A DNA stretch of 64,000 bases from Macrostomum hystrix (GCA_950097015.1 CATNEN010000029.1:6882001-6946000), one strand, 5' to 3'; counted from the stretch's first letter, positions 45,480-58,649 are shown. Translations and numbers: made by a program. Notes: a model not told the origin generated them from the letters alone.

Positions 45480-48265
45480 AAGACACCAGAGTGAGACACT
45501 AGAGTGAGACACTAGGGTGAGACACTAGAGTGAGACACTAGAGTGAGACACTAGGGTGAGACTCTAGAGTGAGATACTAGAGTGGGAAATGTCCAGTGTC
45601 CCTTCAATATTTTACTAGAGAGGGACACTAGAGTGAGACACTACAGTGAGACACCACAGTGAGACACCTCAGTGAGACACCACAGTGAGACACCTCAGTG
45701 AGACACCACAGTGAGACACCACAGTGAGACACCTCAGTGAGACACCTCAGTGAGACACCTCAGTGAGACACCACAGTGAGACACCTCAGTGAGACACCTC
45801 AGTGAGACACCTCAGTGAGACACCACAGTGAGACACCACAGTGAGACACCTCAGTGAGACACCTCAGTGAGACACCACAGTGAGACACCTCAGTGAGACA
45901 CCTCAGTGAGACACCTCAGTGAGACACCTCAGTGAGACACCTCAGTGAGACACCTCAGTGAGACACCACAGTGAGACACCACAGTGAGACACCACAGTGA
46001 GATACCTCAAGGAGACACCTCAGTGAGACACCTCAGTGAGACACCACAGTGAGACACCTCAGTGAGACACCTCAGTGAGACACCTCAGTGAGACACCTCA
46101 GTGAGACACCTCAGTGAGACACCTCAGTGAGACACCTCAGTGAGACACCACAGTGAGACACCACAGTGAGACACCTCAGTGAGACACCTCAGTGAGACAC
46201 CACAGTGAGACACCTCAGTGAGACACCTCAGTGAGACACCTCAGTGAGACACCTCAGTGAGACACCTCAGTGAGACACCTCAGTGAGACACCACAGTGAG
46301 ACACCACAGTGAGACACCACAGTGAGATACCTCAAGGAGACACCTCAGTGAGACACCTCAGTGAGACACCACAGTGAGACACCTCAGTGAGACACCTCAG
46401 TGAGACACCTCAGTGAGACACCTCAGTGAGACACCTCAGTGAGACACCTCAGTGAGACACCTCAGTGAGACACCACAGTGAGACACCACAGTGAGACACC
46501 ACAGTGAGACACCACAGTGAGACACCTCAGTGAGACACCTCAGTGAGACACCTCAGTGAGACACCACAGTGAGACACCACAGTGAGACACCTCAGTGAGA
46601 CACCTCAGTGAGACACCTCAGTGAGACACTACAGTGAGACACCTCAGTGAGACACCTCAGTGAGACACCTCAGTGAGACACCTCAGTGAGACACTAGAGT
46701 GAGACACCAGAGTGAGACACTAGAGTGAGACACCTCAGTGAGACACTGGAGTGAGACACTAGAGTGAGACACCTCAGTGAGACACTGGAGTGAGACACTG
46801 GAGTGAGACACTAGAGTGAGACACCAGAGTGTGACACCACAGTGAGACACTACAGTGAGACACTGGAGTGTGACACCACAGTGAGACACCACAGTGAGAC
46901 ACCTCAGTGAGACACCTCAGTGAGACACCTCAGTGAGACACCTCAGTGAGACACCTCAGTGAGACACCACAGTGAGACACCACAGTGAGACACCTCAGTG
47001 AGACACTACAGTGAGACACCACAGTGAGACACCACAGTGAGACACCACAGTGAGACACTACAGTGAGACACTGGAGTGTGACACCACAGTGAGACACTAC
47101 AGTGAGACACTGGAGTGTGACACCAAAGTGAGACACCACAGTGAGACACCTCAGTGAGACACCTCAGTGAGACACCTTAGTGAGACACCTCAGTGAGACA
47201 CCTCAGTGAGACACCACAGTGAGACACCACAGTGAGACACCTCAGTGAGACACCTCAGTGAGACACCTCAGTGAGACACCACAGTGAGACACCTCAGTGA
47301 GACACCTCAGTGAGACACCTCAGTGAGACACTAGAGTGAGACACCTCAGTGAGACACCTCAGTGAGACACCTCAGTGAGACACCTCAGTGAGACACTAGA
47401 GTGAGACACCTCAGTGAGACACCTCAGTGAGACACCTCAGTGAGACACCTCAGTGAGACACTAGAGTGAGACACCAGAGTGAGACACTAGAGTGAGACAC
47501 CTCAGTGAGACACCTCAGTGAGACACTGGAGTGAGACACTAGAGTGAGACACCAGAGTGAGACACTGGAGTGTGACACCACAGTGAGACACTACAGTGAG
47601 ACACTGGAGTGTGACACCACAGTGAGACACCACAGTGAGACACCTCAGTGAGACACCTCAGTGAGACACCTCAGTGAGACACCTCAGTGAGACACCACAG
47701 TGAGACACCTCAGTGAGACACTAGAGTGAGACACCTCAGTGAGACACCTCAGTGAGACACTAGAGTGAGACACCACAGTGAGACACTACAGTGAGACACT
47801 GGAGTGTGACACCACAGTGAGACACCACAGTGAGACACCTCAGTGAGACACCTCAGTGAGACACCTCAGTGAGACACCTCAGTGAGACACCACAGTGAGA
47901 CACCTCAGTGAGCACCTCAGTGAGACACTAGAGTGAGACACCTCAGTGAGACACCTCAGTGAGACACCACAGTGAGACACCTCAGTGAGACACCTCAGTG
48001 AGACACCTCAGTGAGACACCTCAGTGAGACACCTCAGTGAGACACCACTGTGAGACACCACAGTGAGACACCTCAGTGAGACACCTCAGTGAGACACCAC
48101 AGTGAGACACCTCAGTGAGACACCTCAGTGAGACACCACAGTGAGACACCTCAGTGAGACACCTCAGTGAGACACCTCAGTGAGACACCTCAGTGAGACA
48201 CCACAGTGAGACACCTCAGTGAGACACCTCAGTGAGACACCACAGTGATACACCGCAGTGAGACC
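45480..48265. repeat. 2.8-kb 13-bp satellite (CAGTGAGACACC[T/A])
   Basis: Direct periodicity, about 200 units. Confidence 0.97.
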
Positions 48266-49417
48266 AGAGACTGAGAGACTGCGAGAAAGCATTGAAAATT
48301 CTTAAGAGTGACAGGAAGACAGTTAATGACATTTCTTTAAACTTGAACTTTTGCACTTTTAAGCAAAATTATTCTCAAACTACGCATACATTTTTGGTTT
48401 GCACTTTTATCACTGGATCTTTGCATGTCTCCCTGTATTTCATTAGTCGCTTTATCTGCTCATTTTAAATTGATTTGATATCAGTATATAGAGTGAATGA
48501 TAATTGATATACTCAAATCAAGTCTTCAATATGCGGAAGGCAGTGAAATACGAGCAAACACTTAACACACCGGAAATATATTGATTTAATTGAAGTTGAT
48601 TGATTTTAAATGATAGCAATATGCTATTGGATTACACAGCAGCAGACTCACCTAATGCTGGCATGTTTCAAACTAAAAGGTGAACGACAATAATGAGCCC
48701 GCAATGCAGCCAGTTGTGCAAGGAACAGAACTGAATTCTTGTCTTCGAATCAGGAAAACTCCATTTTGCATATGATTTATATATGCATAATTTGGCCTGT
48801 ATCCGTCTGCCGCCAGCCACCTCAGAGTCAATATTACACTCTCTTTCCAAAGTGTGCAGAAACCGTCTCCCAAAGCTGATCGAGTCCGTCACTCTCATTG
48901 GTTGTCGGTCGCTCTGCATGCCGTAGTTGGGGGGGGGGGTAAAAACGCGCCCTCATGATTTCAATTCTGATTCCTTTTCGATCCCGAGGCTTAGGTCAGG
49001 TGGTTTGGATTGTGCAGAAGACGGAGACTGGCATCGACAATATTGGATCGGATTTCTGCACTGTGTGGCGCTAATATTGTGCCTGCCACGCCTTTGTGGT
49101 TGCTGGGCCAGAGGCAGCTATGGAAGTCGCAGATTGCTTAGGGAGAGATGCATGGGATTGGATTTCAATTAGGTGCCGGTTTTTTTACTAGAACTCCCAG
49201 GCTCCCGATCTTCTCACGCTACCGGCTTCGACCGGCTCCGGTTCGGGAGCTCATCCGCAGATTAGTTGAAATTTGTCTCTGACTGATTAACAATGTTTTA
49301 CGATTCGGAATACTACACAAAATTCTGTTGTTTCCGGAAATTTTGGATACTTTTACAAACTGGGATATTCGGTAACTCAGAGATTCAGAGAATATTCGGA
49401 GATTTGGGATATTGTGT

Positions 49418-49670
49418 ACACCTACCCCATTTGGGCCGGAGATTTGCAGCCGACAGCACAGCCACAACTATGGCTGTTCAGTCCATGGACTGGTGGGGGA
49501 CGCCACGCCCACCCTCGATAGCGCAGTTAATCCTCGTACCCATCTAAGAGGTGGGTGAACTGAAGCAATGCGGAGTTAAGTGTCTTACTAACCAGCAATT
49601 CCCGTGGAGTCGGTAATCGAACCCCAGACCTTCTAGTCGTGAGTCCGACTCTCTAACCGCTACAGACCCC
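49418..49670 (-). mobile_element. tRNA-derived SINE copy
   Basis: Collinear with 39143-39432, with small deletions. Confidence 0.85.
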
Positions 49671-50715
49671 GCGACTATAGAATAAAAATAAATCTGAGCT
49701 TGTTTATTGACCGAAAAGCTCTATTAACTGAACAATATACGAGTATAATCACACCTGAGCCACGGCTTCAGGTAATTTTATTAGTCCTGCCTGCCGGACT
49801 GACGTCATCATCCACTTCTCTTGGCTTCCGAGATAAAAAACACACAATACCCTGCAAAGAGGGACCGCTTTACAATTGACGTGGGGGGAATATTCGCATT
49901 GTCTGCCGAGGAGATTTAGTTTTCCGAAAACGCGCTTTTCTACGAATTGATGACTCGTCGTTGAGTGGTTTGAAAAGTCTGACATGCGTTGAAAAAATGA
50001 TCTATATTTGCATTTCAATTACAAAAATGTGATTTTGCTTTCATTAGCGGCTCTTTTAAATTTTTTTGCATCTCATATAAAATCTCTGTAAAGATTTCCC
50101 CCTCAGTCTCACACAACCTTCTTCATCTCGGAGAGAGCACTTATCCTAGAATTTTTCTACCTCTTTGTTCGGTGCTTCGGAGTGTTAATTAAAAAATAAG
50201 GGACTTTGTAATAAGGGATTTAAGGGATTTCTAGCTCGTACTTATTCGACGATAATCAAACACAAATCCTGATTTGGTTTCCTAATAAAGAACGACAGTT
50301 CAATCGACAATAAGTGTTGCGGTACAATCGCGAGAGTATTTCTCTGAACTTATAAAAAAGAAATGTCTGAACTTTAGGTAAACTAGCATGGCAGAGATTT
50401 GCATACGGATGTATGCAAATTGACTATACGACAATTTAGAACAGTGCTGTTCTACTAAATCCCAGCTTTTGAGCAGTACAGTTGATGAGCAGAGAATATG
50501 AATAAGGAAGTTATAAAGAATGCAATAAATGCGAAACGAAATCGTTTAGTAACAGTTTATTGCTCAGACCGAAATAACATTGTCGTATTTAGAGAAACAG
50601 TCAAACCTTCTCTTGCTTCAGTTGCACTAGCATAATTTTTTTTCGGCAAAACCTAATTTAGCTTGGAGAAGACAAGAGACATAGAAGTAAAAAAACATTT
50701 AAAGCGAAATTTCTA

Positions 50716-50742
50716 AACAAGCAAGCAAGCAAGCAAGCAATC

Positions 50743-50808
<66 letters not shown>

Positions 50809-50855
50809 ACATGCAAGCAAGCAAGCAAACAAACAAGCAAGCAAGCAAGCAAGCC

Positions 50856-50926
<71 letters not shown>

Positions 50927-51015
50927 CAGCAAGCAAGCCAGCAAGCAAGCCAGCAAGCAAGCAAGCAAACATGCAAGCAAGCAAGCAAACAAACAAGCAA
51001 GCAAGCAAGCAAGCC

Positions 51016-51070
<55 letters not shown>

Positions 51071-51095
51071 CAGCAAGCAAGCCAGCAAGCAAGCC

Positions 51096-51150
<55 letters not shown>

Positions 51151-51259
51151 TAGCAAGCAAGCAAGCAAGCAAGCAAACATGCAAGCAAGCAAGCAAACAT
51201 GCAAGCAAGCAAGCAAACAAGCAAGCAAGCAAGCCAGCAAGCAAGCAAGCAAGCAAGCC

Positions 51260-51302
<43 letters not shown>

Positions 51303-51626
51303 CAGCAAGCAAGCCAGCAAGCAAGCAAGCCAGCAAGCAAGCAAGCCAGCAAGCAAGCCAGCAAGCAAGCAAGCCAGCAAGCAAGCAAGCAAGCAAGCAA
51401 GCCAGCAAGCAAGCCAGCAAGCCAGCAAGCCAGCAAGCAAGCAAGCCAGCAAGCAAGCCAGAAAGCAAGAAAGCCAGCAAGCAAGCCAGCAAGCAAGCAA
51501 GCAATTAGCAAGCAAGCAAGCAAGCCAGCAAGCAAGCCAGCAAGCAAGCAAGCAAGCCAGCAAGCAAGCCAGCAAGCAAGCAAGCCAGCAAGCAAGCCAG
51601 CAAGCAAGCAAGCCAGCAAGCAAGCG
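50716..51626. repeat. (AGCA)n tetranucleotide microsatellite, ~900 bp, with AGCC interruptions
   Basis: Directly visible. Confidence 0.98.
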
Positions 51627-52567
51627 TAAACAACTAAGTACCAAATTGAGCATCTATAGCATTTATTATGTGTCTACTTTTCATTAGTAGTATTTGAGAT
51701 AATGTGAAAAGAACGAATAGGAATAAGAAATAAACTGCACAAAGCATTTTTTCTTCCAAAAGGCTCTTCAAGAAACAAAAACGTATTTTTATATTTTTTC
51801 TTGACTGAAAAACATATAAACAGGCCATTAATAGGGCCAAACAATGGGTAAGCTGCGGAAGGAAAGAACGCTCGTATTTTGCTGTTGAACAGAACTAAAA
51901 GACGTTTAAAGTAGATAAGAAAAATGAAAAGAACTGGGACACTCTGGAAGAGGCAACAAGAGGTTCATTCATTAGCTTATGCGGATACTAAATAAATGAG
52001 AACAACACGTCCTCTTCAAGCTACAAGTTGTGGCAGTAAACATGGCATAGCACCAGATAAATATAGAGCGACTTCTGTGCTCAGCAAAGAGATATTTTGC
52101 AATCAAATCAGAATATCCAAGCTACGACTAATTAACGTTTGTAAATTGCGTCGGTAAATAACGCTGAAATTCAAAGAACTCGAACAAAAAAAGAGGATCG
52201 AAGAGATAAAAAAACTTTTTAAATACTATAAAAACAATTGATAGGAAGGTCGGCTTAGCCAAGTAGTAAAAACAAAACTGAGGCTGCAAACTCGGCTATA
52301 AATGATGGGAATGAAACAAGTAAACGAATGAGAAAACACAATGGTAACACAACTCTCATCGAAGCCATGGACATGCTGAGATTATAACAATCTCGCTATG
52401 TTTATATATCATGCTTAGACACCAACATACCTGGAAAGGACTGTTTAACAGTAGGCCAGTTCATTTTTGAAATTCAACTTCAAATATTAAAAGCACCAAA
52501 AATCAACAAATAGAACAATTTCCAACAGTATTCCTTACTGCAAACGACACTTCTACTGACTCCACCA

Positions 52568-54607
52568 TTAAAACGGCCAATCAAAGTCAAACTCCTTGGC
52601 GTCTTCGATCACGTTGCGCTCTCGCTGGCCACGGTTCTCAACGCGGGTCCTCCTGCCCGATCGATGCGTGACCACGGATCTAGCGACGCGGCTATTGGTG
52701 TCGCCAGTGTAATCGCGTCGTTGGTGAGACAACGACGAAGATGACGGCGACGATACATGCGAGTGTGGCGCAAAGACGGACAAATGTTGAGAAGACTGGC
52801 GAGATGACAGTCGAGACGTCTGCTGAGACGATTGGCGAGACGACTGGCGTGACGAAAATCTAGGCGACTGGCGTGACTGAAAAATATAAGTGTTCAACAA
52901 ATCATAATTAAGGTCCGATTCATCCGAGGACGCATCAAACAGATTGCCAGCGTTCAATCTGGAATTGCGAACCGTCTGTCGCCGCTTTCGACCCTCAAAC
53001 CTAGTAGATCGATCCACGCGCTCTAACTGCCGACCCTGCCTGCGCAGCCACTCATGCTCCAGAAGGCGTTCTTCCGATCGCATTATCTCCATAGCGCTCT
53101 CTAAGACAGTTTCAGGAGCGGAAATCTGGTGCCGCGCACGCGAGTCACGCCGACGTGGCACGCCGATTAGGCTTAGAGTGTCGAACTGCAACGTCGCACT
53201 TCGAGGCACTAATCGCATCAGTTCACGATGAGCAAGCGGCGGCGATGGCGGCGACAATGGCGGCGACAGAAACAGCAGCGAAAGAGGCGGTGATAGAGGA
53301 GGAGGCGACAGCGGCGGCTGTGGAGTCGGTGGCAAAGACAGCTCCATAGCCAAGTGAATTGGAGAGATTGGGGGAGAGCGAGTGGGTGACTGCCCACCAT
53401 TCGATGAGTTGCCAGACGCTGGCGAATAAATACTTGGCAGCTCTTGATTAGCAACGACCAAATTGGCGGAAGTACGAGTATTAGGCGATTGTGGGCCTGT
53501 AAAGTTGGCGATAGAACCGTCATCGCCGCTGATGAGACCAAGAATTGAGCCAATAGAGATGCTAGAGCCAGATGTGGTGGTGGAAGTCGATTTATCGGCA
53601 GTCATAGCGGCACGATTAGCCAAATGCTGCCTGATCTGTTCCGCCATACTGTTGCGGCTAACTACGGAAACAGCAGAGGAGCCGCGACCAGGCTGGTTGC
53701 TGTCGCCTCTGCCGCCGCGGCTTAGATTATAAGATCCGGATTGAGAAGGTGAGCCTCCGTTGAGAAGTGGGACACGATGAGCATCGCGGCTGTCGCTGGC
53801 TCCTCTGCTTTGCTGATTTCGCAAGAGGCTGGGTGTCGAGCCGAACCAACGTTGGTGATAATTTGTATTCGAGGCACCAACGTTTCCACCACCGCCAGCA
53901 CCAGCACCGCCACTATTGCTACTAGCGCTATGCTGGTTTTCTGACTGGTTTGAGGATGAATTTAGCCAGCGTTGTAAATAATTAGAAGCCGGGACACCAC
54001 CGTTGCGGCTGCCACCAGCACTGACACCGGCGCCGCCACCGCTAGAGCTCCGCTGTTTTTCAAATTGGCTTGATGTCGAACTCAACCAATGTTGTTGATA
54101 ATTAACAGTCGAGATGCCCCCACTGCCACTACGAACAATGTCACTCACGCCAACATTGCCGCTCCGCTGGCTTTGCAACTGGTTCGATGTCGAACCCAAC
54201 CACCCTTGTTGATAATTAGCGGATGAGACGCCACCGTTACCGCTGCTGCCACCACGGGGGCCCTTGCTGCGCTGATTTTGTGATTGGCTGGACGTAGAAG
54301 TCAACCAACGTTGCAGATAATTTGCGGCCGAGACATCGCCGCTGCCGCTACCACCACCAGCCATGCACAAAGCTGGGCTACCAAAGCTACCATCGGAGCG
54401 CCTGTTCTGGTTTAAGCTTTGGTGACTATTAGGAAAACAAACGACTGGAACTGGAGAGCGGGATCGGGATCGGTGCTGGCTTTGCTGATTACGCCCGTTG
54501 GCTCTTCGACCGCCGCTTCCATTGTTGCTAGAGGATTGGGCTGAAGCACCGGATGAACTCTCAGATGTCAGAAGTCTTTGTAAGTAGTTTCCGTTGCGAC
54601 CGCTCAT
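52568..54607 (-). CDS. Uncharacterised 679-aa intrinsically disordered Ser/Gly/Arg-rich protein with six NYxQxW-type repeats. The frame is open a further 51 codons upstream (to 54760).
   Basis: 2-kb non-satellite open frame with GC-rich coding-like composition inside AT-rich flanks. TAA stop. Confidence 0.75.
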   Translation of the reverse strand: MSGRNGNYLQRLLTSESSSGASAQSSSNNGSGGRRANGRNQQSQHRSRSRSPVPVVCFPNSHQSLNQNRRSDGSFGSPALCMAGGGSGSGDVSAANYLQRWLTSTSSQSQNQRSKGPRGGSSGNGGVSSANYQQGWLGSTSNQLQSQRSGNVGVSDIVRSGSGGISTVNYQQHWLSSTSSQFEKQRSSSGGGAGVSAGGSRNGGVPASNYLQRWLNSSSNQSENQHSASSNSGGAGAGGGGNVGASNTNYHQRWFGSTPSLLRNQQSRGASDSRDAHRVPLLNGGSPSQSGSYNLSRGGRGDSNQPGRGSSAVSVVSRNSMAEQIRQHLANRAAMTADKSTSTTTSGSSISIGSILGLISGDDGSIANFTGPQSPNTRTSANLVVANQELPSIYSPASGNSSNGGQSPTRSPPISPIHLAMELSLPPTPQPPLSPPPLSPPLSLLFLSPPLSPPSPPLAHRELMRLVPRSATLQFDTLSLIGVPRRRDSRARHQISAPETVLESAMEIMRSEERLLEHEWLRRQGRQLERVDRSTRFEGRKRRQTVRNSRLNAGNLFDASSDESDLNYDLLNTYIFQSRQSPRFSSRQSSRQSSQQTSRLSSRQSSQHLSVFAPHSHVSSPSSSSLSHQRRDYTGDTNSRVARSVVTHRSGRRTRVENRGQRERNVIEDAKEFDFDWPF

Positions 54608-57483
54608 TATGCGGCTAAGGTTGAGTTTCCAGTGGGGCTTCGGCCTTTCTGCTCGTAGCTCGTAAGGAGTCAGGCGAGTTGTAGACGCTCGGTATAAAAG
54701 CAGAAGGTCGTCGTCACACAGTTTTATAATTGCTGGATTAAACAGGTTGACTACTTTATACTGTAATACTCTTTAGCAAGCAGTCTAAATTGCAGTTTCT
54801 TATTTTAACTAGACTCAATCGGTTTATGCAGCAAAGCAATATACGACTGGAAAGTTGAAAAAAAGTTATTGATAATGTAACAAGAGATACCAAAGATGCA
54901 TTTACATTCTATTTAAAGTAGTTCTTTGTTTAGGTAATTTATTACTCATTTCTAGCCTATAAATGCACTTTACATTGCTTATATGAAAAATAGGATCTAT
55001 ATGATAACAAGCCCAGTGATAGTAAAAGGAAAGAAAATAGACTCATTCGAAAAGTCTAAGCTACGAGTATATTACAGGAAAGGACGAAAAATGAAACTCT
55101 TTCTCAATAATACAAGGAAGCCAAACATATAGTATATATCCTGATGTTTTTTTTACTACACGAGACATTAAAAAACAAAAAATTACATTTTTGCAACATT
55201 ACTACTGACTATATAAGAATTACAGCATAATAAAAACAATGAAAGTCTAAGTGTCTACCAACTGCATGAAAAATTGCTATAAATTCTACTATTAAATTTG
55301 AATTTTAGGGCATCTAATATAAAGGATATTGCTACATTTTTTACATCAACTAGTAATGAAAACTATGAGGACATACAAAAATAATTAATTGATTATAAAG
55401 AAAAAAGTAGTAAAACACCATTTTTGTAACTTTAGTAAATAACTAACCAACTAACTAACTAACTTGATTTAACTAAGAAAGTTCTAAAGGGTTCTAATGG
55501 TAAAATGTTCTACCTCTAAAATTTTGATTTCTGTTACAATCTACAATGATAAAAACAGATATATTAGGCCTAATAACATTTTAAACGTTTTTTTGTGAAT
55601 CTTATCAATTTTTTAAACTATCATTATCTTGTAAATTTTGCCTTTAGCCTTTTCACAAAATCTTAATTCTAAACCATTGTCTCATACTTAAATGATAAGG
55701 TAAGTTCTTCTTAAAAAAGAAAAAAATTAACAAGAAAGCACCTTAATGTTCAATTCTAATTTCTAGACCACACATTTCAATATTATTTAAGGCATTCTAG
55801 TACTTTTTAGATGAAACATTCTATATAATTTAAATGCAATTAAAAAAATATCCAGTTTTTTTGCTATTATAAAGGCTAGAGACAAGCAACAAAGCATTGA
55901 TAAGATTAAATTAATAAGAACAAAAACACATATAAGCATAGCAAAATAATATTAACCTGCAGCCTAAGAGTGAGCTGTATTCGAACGTTTTAAGTGATTC
56001 AAAGCGTTTTCTTTTATATTTATACTTTTCATTTTTGGTTTCACTTTTTACAGTTCATTAAAACTGCCATTGAATAATAAAAACCACAGAACAGAACATA
56101 CTTAATACTTCTTTGAGTTTTTGATGGCAAGGGCCTTTAAGCACACAGATCCTGAATGTAGATGAAGCTATAAGGATATATTGATAGACGAAAGTATAAC
56201 ATCGGCGATTGTGTGTAAGCACTAATATTAATAACAAGATTGCTTATTTTGGAAATATGTAATGACTTATATTAAACTCAAGATAGATCATCATGATGAT
56301 TGAATTTCATTTTTAAAGTATAAAATAGTTAAGTCTTATGGCTAGTCTACAGGCGATATCTACACAGGTTACGTTATACAAACACAATAAGCCAGTACGA
56401 TTGGTACAATTGTCTGATCAATGGACACTTTAGATTATCGCTTCGCACAGTGGTCAATGCAAAATGAGTGTACTTTGATTTTTTTATTAATTGGCAGAAC
56501 TTTTTACAATTTAATTATTAACAGACGAATATAATTATTTTGCTTTTAGACAAAATTTCTTAGTGAATAATAGAAAACTAAAAATTTTAGGTTTAATTTT
56601 TGTTGTACTAACTAGTCTAAATTAATAGCTTAAACGAACCAAATACGGATGATTCACTTATAGAAATATGCCAGTTTAATAGTAATTATACCAACTAACT
56701 TAAAGTCATAAATGATACATGTAAAGATGCATAAGCTAGAGTAAGCTAGAATATATTCGATACATAATTATAGACTGTCGAATGCAATAACAATATACGA
56801 GTAATTTTAGATTGCGTCAAGGCAGGTAGGGAAGGAGACAGATTTTAAGCAATCCTTAGGCTGTGTATATTTTAATAGCATTTTTTTTTGTTTCTGATGT
56901 ACTTCACATGAATTAAAGCCTATCTTACTCGACAGCCATGTATATAAATGAGCGTCTTAAAGCGGGAAACTGACAATATTTAGTTTAACAGCATTCACAT
57001 AACTGATAGTGATATACTCACATTTTTCTGCGTTTAGAAATTATAATATATCAATTAAAAGTGTATTGTACTTGCTAGATTCTGAAGGTCAATCGTTTAC
57101 GGAAAAATAGCGGATCTATGGAAAAGATTAATTTCACAAATCTTCTTGTGAGGTAGGCCCCAGGATGCTGCATTCTAATTAATCCTTTTAAATATAACTA
57201 ATAAAAATGAATATTATTCGTAAGGCATTGAGAATTATGTGAACAGTTTAGTGCTGAAGCACATAGGTGAAGAATTTTTATACGCAGCTGGCAAAATAGT
57301 TTATTGAAAAAGTATTATGAAACCTAGCATGTATTTATACTAACAAAATAGAACAAAGTAGCAAGAAATATTTTTAAACAATAACAACGATTTGTGCAAA
57401 AACTGTTTCAGTCCATATTGCCTGACAGAGAAGCAGCCAGGGTAAAAAGAAAATTTTATGAGTTACAAATGACAAGTGCATGA

Positions 57484-58558
57484 TCACTGATAGTCAGTGG
57501 TAAAGATATCAGAATTCGACAATCCGGAATCGGAGTTAGCACCGGAGGAGCCACCCTGTCTCAGTCGCTTTTTTGCTTTCTGGCGCCGGCGATTGGCGAT
57601 ACCGACGCTGCCGCCTCCTCCTCCAGCACTGCCACCTCCACTTGCAGCGTCGTCGTCAGCATCGCTGCTGCTGGACGACGAAGAGCTATGGTCACCCTGA
57701 CCGCCCGAGCCGCCGCCGCCTCCGCCGCCAGAGCTGCCACCGCCGCCGCTCGATGCGCCTGTCGATCTGGTCGCTCCGCTGCTGCTACGCTTCTGGGTGG
57801 CTCCGCCAGAAGCTCTCGCAGCGTCCGACATTGTTGGCTGATTGCCGCGAGCGGCAGCGGCCGCCTTTCTGCTTGGCACGGCGCGAAGGCTTCGTGTGCG
57901 CCCGCCAGCCTGTTGGTCATCGTCTAAATCGTCGGCAGCCAGCGCTAGCAGGTCGATGAATGTGTACCTGGATGTGTCGGGGAAGTGAGCGTTTAAATCT
58001 AGCCTCATTTTCGATTGCTTTCTTAGATGTGTGAGCTCTAAGATCTCGTACCTGAGCTCGGCAGGCGCAGTCCTGACCACCTCGCGCAGCGCCTCCTGCA
58101 TTAGTTCATGCTGCAACAGTGAAAGATTGCGCAACCGCTGCCGCATAATATCAAGATGTCGCAGGGTCTGCTCCAAAGGCGGTGGTGTTTGGCGCGCGCC
58201 GCCGCCACGGCTGCCGGTGGAAGCTGTGGTTGACCCGCCGGGCGACATCAGGCAGTTGTTGAGTATCTCGGCCAGCCTGTGCAGCTTCTGGCCCGACCAG
58301 AAGTGCAGAATGCTCGGGCAAAGTGGATCATGCAGTTTTGGCTCGATCCATAGAACGGCGTATACCAGATCGAAGCTGGGCTGCTCCAGTTTGAGCATGA
58401 GCAGCAGATTGGTAGTAGCTTCAGGATGCCGACTGCTGTCTAGGTGCGGAAGCAGCGGCAAGGAAACGCTCAGTTGGCAAATCTTGAGCATTCAATAGCT
58501 GCCAGAGAAACAGCTGTTCAACACTCTCCCAGGAAAGACTGTCGCGCAGCAGATTCAA
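57484..58558 (-). CDS. INTS3: INTS3 last exon, containing an apparent +1 frameshift near 58458-58466
   Basis: LNLLRDSLSWESVEQLFLWQLL in one frame, then LPLLPHLDSSRHPEA..LLLMLKLEQPS..LEQTLRHLD..FIDLLALA in the next. Both segments match the INTS3 C-terminal domain. Confidence 0.85.
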
Positions 58559-58649
58559 CTGAGAGTTAATGGAAGTAACATTTTTTAAGCTAACGTGATT
58601 AGGTTTGATTAATTAAAATAATCTTCTAAAGATAGTTCAGTGGACCTGC

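Noticed and set aside
48640-48920. Minus-strand donor (CATTAG|GTGAGT at ~48650) and an 83-aa ORF
   Set aside because: Possibly a 5' UTR exon of PDE8, but it cannot be supported without transcripts, and the ORF does not look protein-like.
52568-52600. Resemblance of the EFDFDWPF tail to the bacterial SSB C-terminus, next to INTS3 (an SSB partner)
   Set aside because: Superficial similarity of a few residues. INTS3 binds the eukaryotic OB-fold SSB, and gene adjacency carries no such implication.
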